IMG/VR virus record: IMGVR_UViG_3300008119_000039
Location: 1 to 64,000 of that record
Length of the DNA: 64,000 bases
Strand: one strand, 5' to 3'
Source: a virus
Position 1 is the stretch's first letter; each line of letters begins with the position of its first letter. This document shows, piece by piece, positions 57,355 through 64,000 of the stretch. A program made the position numbers and the translations under genes. The notes beneath the pieces were generated by a model. The model saw only the letters and a list, made by a program, of their open reading frames with translations. It searched no databases and was not told where the DNA came from.

Positions 57355-57461
57355 GATGTTGTAATGATAACTGCCGTCAGGGAAGAGATTGCCCAGTTCG
57401 TAGGTATAACGAAAGGTATCTAGACCTGTTCCGATGGCTACGATCCCTATTCCGTAAATAA
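57351..57461 (+). CDS. Small Cys-rich peptide (36 aa, not in ORF track)
   Basis: MRCCNDNCRQGRDCPVR; ATGA overlap with the upstream gene. Confidence 0.55.
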   Translation: MRCCNDNCRQGRDCPVRRYNERYLDLFRWLRSLFRK

Positions 57462-57523
57462 CCCTACTTTTAGTAGGGTTTTTTCATAAATCGCTTGCCT
57501 TTAATTGCAAAAAGACCTATAAT
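57461..57523 (+). promoter_or_regulatory. Terminator-like stem-loop plus sigma70-type promoter cassette
   Basis: ACCCTACT-TTT-AGTAGGGT plus T-run; TTGCCT-TTAATTG..-TATAAT (57495-57523). Confidence 0.75.
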
Positions 57524-57553
57524 AGTCTTATGATGAATGAAAAGGAAATAAAA

Positions 57554-57754
57554 ATGTTTGAAACTTGTGTGAGTCAGTTGGTTAAGATGCATCTTGGCAA
57601 TGAGTACCATCGTACCGAGTGGTGCAATGGTACGCTGTTTGTTGAGTGTACCATCGCTGAAGCTGTCTCGGTGGAAACGATGTTGTTGAAGCGTAAAATC
57701 GGTGGCATCATTATGTCTCGTGTTGGAAATGAAACGGCATACGACTTTGTTTAA
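57554..57754 (+). CDS. Hypothetical early protein
   Basis: AAGGA RBS directly after the promoter. Confidence 0.65.
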   Translation: MFETCVSQLVKMHLGNEYHRTEWCNGTLFVECTIAEAVSVETMLLKRKIGGIIMSRVGNETAYDFV

Positions 57755-57962
57755 TACTGTACTGGAATGGTTGGCAACGATCGTAACTATCGGTGCCGCA
57801 ATCGCAACTGCCCAGTCAATGGATCCTCTAAACATCTATCTGTTTAATCTTGGTTCAATCTTGTGGTTGATCTGGGCAATACGAATCAAGAAACCCTCAC
57901 TGATAGTTGTCAACGTTGGATTGCTGTTGGTTTATTTTTACGGAGTAGTGGTAAGGATATAA
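57702..57962 (+). CDS. Small membrane protein (start uncertain)
   Basis: EWLAT...PLNIYLFNLGSILWLIWA; three hydrophobic segments. Confidence 0.55.
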   Translation: MASLCLVLEMKRHTTLFNTVLEWLATIVTIGAAIATAQSMDPLNIYLFNLGSILWLIWAIRIKKPSLIVVNVGLLLVYFYGVVVRI

Positions 57963-57965
57963 ATA
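57958..57965 (+). promoter_or_regulatory. T4 late promoter consensus
   Basis: TATAAATA ending 5 nt before ATG 57971. Confidence 0.65.
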
Positions 57966-57970
57966 GTGGT

Positions 57971-58762
57971 ATGCTTAAAACATACCGCACCATCTTCATC
58001 TCCGATGTTCATCTTGGTACTCGTGACTGTAAAGCAGACGCACTGAATAACTTTCTGAAGCACAATACCTGTGATACTCTCTACCTCGTTGGAGATATCA
58101 TTGATGCTTGGAAAATCAAACAAAACAAGTGGAGATGGAAACAGAGCCACACCAACGTAGTTCGTCGTGTTCTAGGACATGCAAAGCGAGATACGAGAGT
58201 GGTTTATGTTGCAGGGAATCACGATGAGTTTTTAAGACCAATGATACCCTATGGATTTTCCTTTGGTCTGGTTGAGATAAAAAATCAAACCGAACACATT
58301 GGTGCCGATGGCAAACGATATCTCGTGACTCATGGCGATCTGTTTGATGGAATTACTCGACTGGCTCCATGGTTGGCATTTCTTGGTGATAAGTTATACG
58401 ATCTAGTCCTAGACTGGAACTCTCGTTTTAATTGGGTTCGTCATAAGCTGGGTTTTGGATACTGGTCGCTGAGTAAATACCTAAAGAATAGAGTGAAGAA
58501 GGCATCGGACTTTATGTTTCAGTTCGAAAGAAATCTGGCAACATATTGCAAGAAACGTGGTTATGATGGTGTGATCTGCGGACATATACACCATGCGGAG
58601 ATAAAAGAAATCGATGGTGTGGTATACATGAACGATGGCGACTGGGTTGAGTCAATGACTGCTCTGGTTGAACATCACGATGGTCGTTGGGAAATTATAA
58701 CATGGACGAAAACAAGTGATAAAAATATTGATAGTGACGGACAATCTACCAGACCAGATTAA
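57971..58762 (+). CDS. LpxH-like metallophosphoesterase, PlcP-type phospholipase C candidate
   Basis: ISDVHLG, GDIID, GNHD, HGD, GHIH, NDGDWVES. Confidence 0.8.
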   Translation: MLKTYRTIFISDVHLGTRDCKADALNNFLKHNTCDTLYLVGDIIDAWKIKQNKWRWKQSHTNVVRRVLGHAKRDTRVVYVAGNHDEFLRPMIPYGFSFGLVEIKNQTEHIGADGKRYLVTHGDLFDGITRLAPWLAFLGDKLYDLVLDWNSRFNWVRHKLGFGYWSLSKYLKNRVKKASDFMFQFERNLATYCKKRGYDGVICGHIHHAEIKEIDGVVYMNDGDWVESMTALVEHHDGRWEIITWTKTSDKNIDSDGQSTRPD

Positions 58763-59696
58763 TGGTGTTGTTACCACGTTCAAAAATCTGGAAGATTACG
58801 CTACTCGTGATGGGTATAGCATTGTTTATCTTGATCCCAGGAAGTTCCCTTATTTTAATGCTGTGGGCTATCCTGAAGTTAAGATCTCACTCCCCATTGG
58901 TATTGGTAAAAAGATTGAAGCGATACATGCGGATCATATTCACATCGCCACAGAAGGTCCAATAGGTCTAGCTGCTAGACTGTATCTGGATCGAAAAAAG
59001 ATACGCTACAACACTAGCTATCATACAAAATTCCCTGAGTTCCTGAAGCAAATCTATGGCATTCCAACGTCATGGACGTATGCCTATGTTCGCTGGTTTC
59101 ATAAGCACTCTGGAATAGTTCTTACCACCACAAAGACCATGGTCAACGATCTAAGAGACAATGGATTTGATGGTAATATTATTCCTTGGACTCGTGGTGT
59201 CAATCGTGCCAATCTACAACCGAATCAACATCGCATTGAAAGTGACATTCCAAGAGTTCTCTACGTTGGTCGTGTATCAAGAGAAAAGAATCTGGATGCT
59301 CTTTGTAGACTTACAGACTATCATATACGTATTGTTGGTGATGGTCCAGATCGTACCAGACTAGAGAAAATGTATCCTCACGTGAAGTTTCTTGGATATA
59401 AGTCTGGATCCGATCTAGCCAATGAGTACCATAATAGTGATGTTTTTGCATTTCCAAGTAAGACTGATACCTTTGGAATTGTCATTATTGAAGCACTATC
59501 TCTTGGCACTCCAGTTGCTGCGTATCCAGTTCCTGGACCAATAGATATACTTACCCCCAATAGTGGCGTAATGGACGATGAGTTAAAGATTGCAATAGAT
59601 CGAGCACTACTATTAAATAGAGCGACAGTCCAACAAGAATCAACTCGATGGACGTGGCTAGAATGTTGGAATATATTTAAAAGGAATCTGGTATGA
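58716..59696 (+). CDS. GT4 glycosyltransferase, Agt-like glycolipid synthase candidate
   Basis: KILIVTD..QINGVV, HIATEGPIG, YVGRVSREKN, FPSKTDTFGIVIIEA. Confidence 0.85.
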   Translation: MIKILIVTDNLPDQINGVVTTFKNLEDYATRDGYSIVYLDPRKFPYFNAVGYPEVKISLPIGIGKKIEAIHADHIHIATEGPIGLAARLYLDRKKIRYNTSYHTKFPEFLKQIYGIPTSWTYAYVRWFHKHSGIVLTTTKTMVNDLRDNGFDGNIIPWTRGVNRANLQPNQHRIESDIPRVLYVGRVSREKNLDALCRLTDYHIRIVGDGPDRTRLEKMYPHVKFLGYKSGSDLANEYHNSDVFAFPSKTDTFGIVIIEALSLGTPVAAYPVPGPIDILTPNSGVMDDELKIAIDRALLLNRATVQQESTRWTWLECWNIFKRNLV

Positions 59697-59929
59697 ACAC
59701 GCAAATCGGAGACAATCTATTCTCAGCGGAAGAGATCCACTCGGACAAAGGATATACCCTATCCACTCACGAGAAACAAGCCCAATTTGCCAAGAAACGA
59801 GATGATTCTCTGGAAGAATACCGTAAGCAAGCCCAAGAACTATGGAATGATTCCTGCACATCCCAAAGAAAACCAAAGGAAGAGAAGTGCCCTTGGGATA
59901 ATTGGAAAGCAAGTAGAGATATTGTATGA
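59693..59929 (+). CDS. Hypothetical protein
   Basis: Coupled ORF. Confidence 0.5.
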   Translation: MNTQIGDNLFSAEEIHSDKGYTLSTHEKQAQFAKKRDDSLEEYRKQAQELWNDSCTSQRKPKEEKCPWDNWKASRDIV

Positions 59930-59948
59930 ATAACCAAAAGGAAGAAAA

Positions 59949-60143
59949 ATGCTAAGAGATCGTAAATTACTGGTAGAAACAGAAATCACCAAACTAACTG
60001 ATACAGCTGCACATATGTATCTAGATGCTATGGTATCCGTAAGTACCCTAAACCCAGAGTATCATGACATCCGAGAAAGAATTACGGATCTACAACATGA
60101 GCGTAAGATGATTCAGCTACTACTGGACAAAGGTCATCAATGA
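59949..60143 (+). CDS. Hypothetical protein
   Basis: AAGGA RBS. Confidence 0.55.
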   Translation: MLRDRKLLVETEITKLTDTAAHMYLDAMVSVSTLNPEYHDIRERITDLQHERKMIQLLLDKGHQ

Positions 60144-60442
60144 AACCTAAAATAGTGGCAATATTACTGGCAATACCTCTATTGGTATACGCTCAGTCAA
60201 TTATCATAGAAAAACCCCTACAGTGTCTTCCAACAGACCAAGTACTAAGAGAATTAACTAGAGAATATGCAGAGCAGATCGTATGGCATGGTGTAGGAGT
60301 GGATCAAGAATTACGTAGATATGGTCTCTGGGTAAACGAAAGTAGCAAGACTTGGACACTGGTACAGTTTGATGAAACAATAGCTTGTATACTGGGAGCA
60401 GGTAGTACAAGTACTGAGGTATTCTACGGTCCAAAGATATGA
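60140..60442 (+). CDS. Secreted hypothetical protein
   Basis: Signal peptide; KP..C...TWTLV..ACILG.G. Confidence 0.65.
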   Translation: MKPKIVAILLAIPLLVYAQSIIIEKPLQCLPTDQVLRELTREYAEQIVWHGVGVDQELRRYGLWVNESSKTWTLVQFDETIACILGAGSTSTEVFYGPKI

Positions 60443-60455
60443 TCCTATAACAGAA

Positions 60456-60728
60456 ATGATACACTATTACTTACTTTCCGCAATACTTGAAATCCTTGGA
60501 TGCCTGTTATTCCTAAGAGGAAACTACGCTATATCAATCCCAGTGTTAATACTATTTGCTTGGAGTTTAACCTTACAACCGTATGAGCCAGCCAAGGCAT
60601 ATGTAATCTACGGTGGAATCTATATCTTATGCTCTGCTATATTTGCAACTATAAGTGGAACGATACTAAGTCCAAGAGATATTGCAGGGATATCACTACT
60701 ATTAATTGGTGTGCTACTAATGCTATAA
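60456..60728 (+). CDS. ynfA: YnfA-like small membrane protein (DMT superfamily)
   Basis: EILGC, LFAWSLTLQP, AYVIYGGIYI, DIAG. Confidence 0.65.
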   Translation: MIHYYLLSAILEILGCLLFLRGNYAISIPVLILFAWSLTLQPYEPAKAYVIYGGIYILCSAIFATISGTILSPRDIAGISLLLIGVLLML

Positions 60729-60792
60729 ACAGGCATCATCGCAGTAGTCTAAAAACACACTTTGTCTTTATACGCCCATCTTTACACACATA

Positions 60793-61089
60793 ATGCCAGA
60801 AAAACGCCAACGAAAATATCCTGCCAAGAAATGCCCCACGTGTTCTGCTGTATTCTCCAAGCAAGGCAAGTACTGTTCTAGGGCATGCGGCAACTCTCGT
60901 ACCTTTACGCCAACGTACAAGGCAAAGGTCTCTAATAGCATCAAGCAAAAGATGATAGATGATCCTGAGTTTCGAGAAGCAGCCATTGCCAAGATCCTTC
61001 CTGATATACCCATCCCACCCCAAGTAGAAGCACCTATCGGTCTCAACCAGTTCGTCTCGGATGGTGACCTATGGACCGAGATAGACTAG
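60793..61089 (+). CDS. Zinc-finger protein
   Basis: CPTC...YCSRACGNSR. Confidence 0.65.
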   Translation: MPEKRQRKYPAKKCPTCSAVFSKQGKYCSRACGNSRTFTPTYKAKVSNSIKQKMIDDPEFREAAIAKILPDIPIPPQVEAPIGLNQFVSDGDLWTEID

Positions 61090-61107
61090 ATTTGCAAGAA
61101 AATAAAC

Positions 61108-61259
61108 TTGCCTTTTACTTGCCGTAGAGGTAAACTAACTGTGTTAGGGTTGATCGGTAGTAATCCCTCCAGTAGTTGAGGGTTATTTTCCCTTTCTAAA
61201 TCAATGACTTACGAGTGTGCAAGAAATCGCTTTACGTTAATTCGTTTTCGTCGTATAAT
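61108..61259 (+). promoter_or_regulatory. Tandem sigma70-type promoters separated by a stem-loop
   Basis: TTGCCT-17-TAAACT (61108-61136); CCCTC..GAGGG hairpin 61165-61182; TTTACG-17-TATAAT (61231-61259). Confidence 0.7.
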
Positions 61260-61265
61260 TCTCTT

Positions 61266-62192
61266 ATGATGAATAAAAACGTGAAAGAAAACTCTGTGAA
61301 ATCCAATATCTCTTTTGACTCTGCTTCTGGTAAATTTGTTGGTACTGTAAACGGTAAAGTTGTGGTTCGTTCCAAGTATGAATCCGCTGTTAAGGATCGT
61401 ATCTCCGAACTGTCTGGTTCTATCGCTATCGCCCAAACAGCCCTTGACGAAAAGAACGAAAAGTACGGTATCAATGAGCGATTTGGTTTCGTTGAGAAAT
61501 TAGTGACTATGGTTGCCAATGGTGTTCAGCCCTCAGCTGTGATTACTGGTGAAGGTGGATTGGGTAAGACTTATACTGTTACCAAAACTCTTGAAGCCAA
61601 TGGTCTCAAGGATATCTCTGATCTTGCTGACTTTCAAGTTGGTAGTATCATTAACACTCGCAAGTGTTTTACCTTTGTTAAGGGGTATTCTACTGCAAAG
61701 GGTCTCTATCGTACACTCTTTGAGAATCAGAAAAGCACCATTGTGTTTGATGACTGTGATGCTGTTCTTAAAGATCCAGTTGCTCTTAACATTCTTAAGT
61801 CGGCTCTTGATTCTTACGGTAAGCGTATCATTAGCTGGAATGCTGATATGCGTGATGATGATCTCCCACGTAGCTTTAACTTTGAAGGTCGGGTCATCTT
61901 TATCTCTAATATGCCTCAGGACAAGATTGATCAAGCGATTCGTTCACGTAGTATGATGATTGATCTCTCTATGAGTCTGACACAAAAGATTGATCGTATG
62001 GAACACATTGCTCTGTCCGCCGAGTTCCTGCCTGAGTATGATGCTGAGATCAAGAAGGATGCTCTCGGCTTGATTCGTGAGATCAAAGATGACTGCAAAG
62101 AAATCTCTCTGCGTACACTTATCTCTGTTGCCAAGGTTCGTGCCAGTAACAAAGACTGGAAAGATCTGGCTACTTATATGTTGACTGCGTAA
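61266..62192 (+). CDS. AAA+/P-loop ATPase
   Basis: GEGGLGKT Walker A, IVFDDCD Walker B, FISN sensor, AIRSRS arginine finger. Confidence 0.85.
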   Translation: MMNKNVKENSVKSNISFDSASGKFVGTVNGKVVVRSKYESAVKDRISELSGSIAIAQTALDEKNEKYGINERFGFVEKLVTMVANGVQPSAVITGEGGLGKTYTVTKTLEANGLKDISDLADFQVGSIINTRKCFTFVKGYSTAKGLYRTLFENQKSTIVFDDCDAVLKDPVALNILKSALDSYGKRIISWNADMRDDDLPRSFNFEGRVIFISNMPQDKIDQAIRSRSMMIDLSMSLTQKIDRMEHIALSAEFLPEYDAEIKKDALGLIREIKDDCKEISLRTLISVAKVRASNKDWKDLATYMLTA

Positions 62193-62197
62193 TAAAG

Positions 62198-62545
62198 AAG
62201 TCTTAATGGAGGGATATCCGTGGCAAGACTTTAAACTAGCCAAAACAGCAGTCTACATCTACAGGTCGTTGCGTCCTTTGACTGAGAGACTATAAAGAAA
62301 GAGTCATAAACTGATGCAGTCTATTTTTGCTTGTTACAGACTATAAAGAAAAACAAGCACTAATTTGAACACAGTAGATAGCCTAGAGCAATTGGTGTAC
62401 TGGGCAGAGCTAGATGAGATTAGCTGTGTGTCCGATGCTGCTAGGATTCTTAAGGGGTATCGCTTAGGGGGTCAGGTTTAAAACGATGACTTTAGAGCAC
62501 GGGTCCCCTTTCTTGGTTTATTGGGGTATGGTATTATCCCCCATC
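62198..62545 (+). ncRNA. Candidate structured RNA: three tandem H-type pseudoknots plus further hairpins
   Basis: Three AGTCT/AGACT stems, each interleaved with a different second stem; ORF-free region. Confidence 0.6.
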
Positions 62546-62641
62546 ATATAATATCATCCCTAAGAAAAAGTTAATGACTTTGATTTCGTTTCTCGGTGAA
62601 AAATCGCCCGTATATTTTTTTGTGAAAAAGGTTCGATAGAT

Positions 62642-62743
62642 ATGATTGCATTCTACATTGTCATTGGGTTTCTCTTGGCACAACTTATTGTTGGTTTGAT
62701 TATCACTCTCTGTATTCGTAAGTGGGGTATCTATGTCTCTTGA
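62642..62743 (+). CDS. Small TM peptide (33 aa)
   Basis: MIAFYIVIGFLLAQLIVGLIITLCIRKWG. Confidence 0.45.
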   Translation: MIAFYIVIGFLLAQLIVGLIITLCIRKWGIYVS

Positions 62744-62918
62744 AAAGGTTGCTAATATGAATGAGTATTATAGGTATCTAGATAAACTCCGTAAGAGTGG
62801 CGTTATTAATATGATGGGAGCGAGTGTGTATCTTCAGCGGGATTTTGGTCTCTCTAGGGTAGAAGCTAGGACTGTACTAAAATCGTGGATGGAACAATAT
62901 AGGAGTTGTTATGAATAA
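62733..62918 (+). CDS. Hypothetical protein
   Basis: YLDKLRKSGVINMMGA..YL..FGL..EAR..L..WM. Confidence 0.7.
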   Translation: MSLEKVANMNEYYRYLDKLRKSGVINMMGASVYLQRDFGLSRVEARTVLKSWMEQYRSCYE

Positions 62919-63177
62919 ATTGAATGAACATCTAGGAGGATTGGTTATTCCTCACGAGGTGGCAGATGGCATTGTTCTTGCAGTAATGAGAGATCAGCTG
63001 GATTATCTGTTACGAGAACAGCGTTGGTTTGAATGTCCAGACGCAGATCGCTTCGCTCTGGAAGGAGAGTATGGATATAGAATGTGGGTGCATCCTGATG
63101 ACTATGCAAAGAATCGAGATGAACTAATCCCAGCCATTAGGATAGTGATAGCTTACTTTGGAGGTCAGCATGAGTGA
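62911..63177 (+). CDS. Hypothetical protein
   Basis: AGGAG RBS. Confidence 0.6.
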   Translation: MNKLNEHLGGLVIPHEVADGIVLAVMRDQLDYLLREQRWFECPDADRFALEGEYGYRMWVHPDDYAKNRDELIPAIRIVIAYFGGQHE

Positions 63178-63273
63178 TGCAGATCTATGGATTGTTGCGT
63201 ACTACCTATTGGGATTATTCTTACTTGCTTCCGCTGTGGGAGTAATTCTCAATAGATTGGTGCGTTCTTTGTT

Positions 63274-63302
63274 TTGACTTTTATTAAGATTGCGAGTATA
63301 AT
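63274..63302 (+). promoter_or_regulatory. sigma70-type promoter
   Basis: TTGACT-17-TATAAT, about 7 nt before ATG 63310 (leaderless candidate). Confidence 0.7.
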
Positions 63303-63309
63303 TAATAGT

Positions 63310-63558
63310 ATGAGTACACTTAAAGAACAATTTGAAAAGCGAGATGCTGACAAACCACTAGCAAAGTGGGTATACGGAGATCGTGTATCTGGCAAGGTCG
63401 GTGGAATTCCTGTAATTGGATCTGTTATCCGAGAAGATTATAATGAGAGTGGGATAGTCTTGTGTCATCTGGATCTACCCATTAATGTTAATGGTGAGTA
63501 TGTGCACGTGGTAAAAGTCCCTGCTAAGGGTATGAAACGATTAAAGGTGATAGAATGA
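63310..63558 (+). CDS. Hypothetical SH3-like protein
   Basis: GDRVSGK..IPVIGSV..HLDLPI. Confidence 0.6.
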   Translation: MSTLKEQFEKRDADKPLAKWVYGDRVSGKVGGIPVIGSVIREDYNESGIVLCHLDLPINVNGEYVHVVKVPAKGMKRLKVIE

Positions 63559-63773
63559 ACAACAATCAACTAATCCAGATCTCCGCTGAGATTGATAACT
63601 TTTTAATTAAGCTGGCAACTGAGAATGAAGTTCCTGCTCTTAATTTAACAGCTGTAGTTCTTGCACGTCTTGCAATTATGTGCGATGATCTAGAATGCCG
63701 TGATGATATGAATAAACTTTTAACAACTGTGGCTACTGTTAATAAACAAGTACCCCATGCAACTTTACAGTGA
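63555..63773 (+). CDS. Hypothetical protein
   Basis: Coupled ORF, AAGGTG RBS. Confidence 0.6.
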   Translation: MNNNQLIQISAEIDNFLIKLATENEVPALNLTAVVLARLAIMCDDLECRDDMNKLLTTVATVNKQVPHATLQ

Positions 63774-63780
63774 GAATTAA

Positions 63781-64000
63781 ATGAAAATCGCAATTTGCTC
63801 AGACGTGCATTTAGAGTTTGGACAACTACACTTGGAGAATACTCAAGATGCTGAAGTACTTATTTTATCTGGTGATATTTGTACTGCTTGCGATATTCGT
63901 GTTACCGATAGCATTCTTTCTAGTGCTAAAACTGATCGCTATCTTGAGTTTTTTACTGCTTGCTCTCGGAACTTCCCTCATGTTGTTTATGTTATGGGTA
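63781..64000 (+). CDS. Calcineurin-like metallophosphoesterase (5' part, runs off the window)
   Basis: MKIAICSDVHLEFG...LILSGDI...VVYVMG. Confidence 0.85.
   Translation, partial: MKIAICSDVHLEFGQLHLENTQDAEVLILSGDICTACDIRVTDSILSSAKTDRYLEFFTACSRNFPHVVYVMG

Noticed and set aside
62198-62359. CRISPR mini-array or protein-binding iterons
   Set aside because: Repeats are only 5-14 nt with irregular spacing, no cas genes are present, and the pairing pattern fits RNA pseudoknots better; iterons are not fully excluded

Overview
This is a 64-kb segment of an AT-rich, T4-like myovirus genome in which nearly every gene is on the + strand. Bug/TctC and IscU/IscA/ErpA sequences suggest a betaproteobacterial host (inference). 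Core genes are gp43 polymerase, UvsX, gp40, gp41 helicase, gp61 primase, ThyX, NrdA/NrdB, RNase H, DsbA, dCMP deaminase and spanin/holin-like lysis genes. Notable accessory content: (1) a six-gene DNA-hypermodification candidate operon next to the helicase (TET/JBP dioxygenase, Gln amidotransferase, amidoligase, GNAT, aGPT-Pplase2-like transferase, P-loop kinase); (2) a block of proteins with T4 capsid-targeting-like N-termini, including polyproteins of short basic modules separated by repeated acidic, prohead-protease-like sites, plus a ligase-like and a cytidylyltransferase-like enzyme; (3) 11 tRNAs, including a rare Thr(AGT) and an altered initiator tRNA, with an embedded ~215-nt pseudoknotted CCA-ending ncRNA candidate; (4) an intergenic RNA candidate with three tandem H-type pseudoknots; (5) a plcP-agt-like lipid remodelling pair, Fe-S assembly, Dps and rubrerythrin genes, and two islands of 2OG-Fe(II) oxygenases and transferases. 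Repeated sigma70-type promoter/stem-loop cassettes and T4-type late promoters punctuate the window. All family calls come from motif recognition by eye; no database searches were run.
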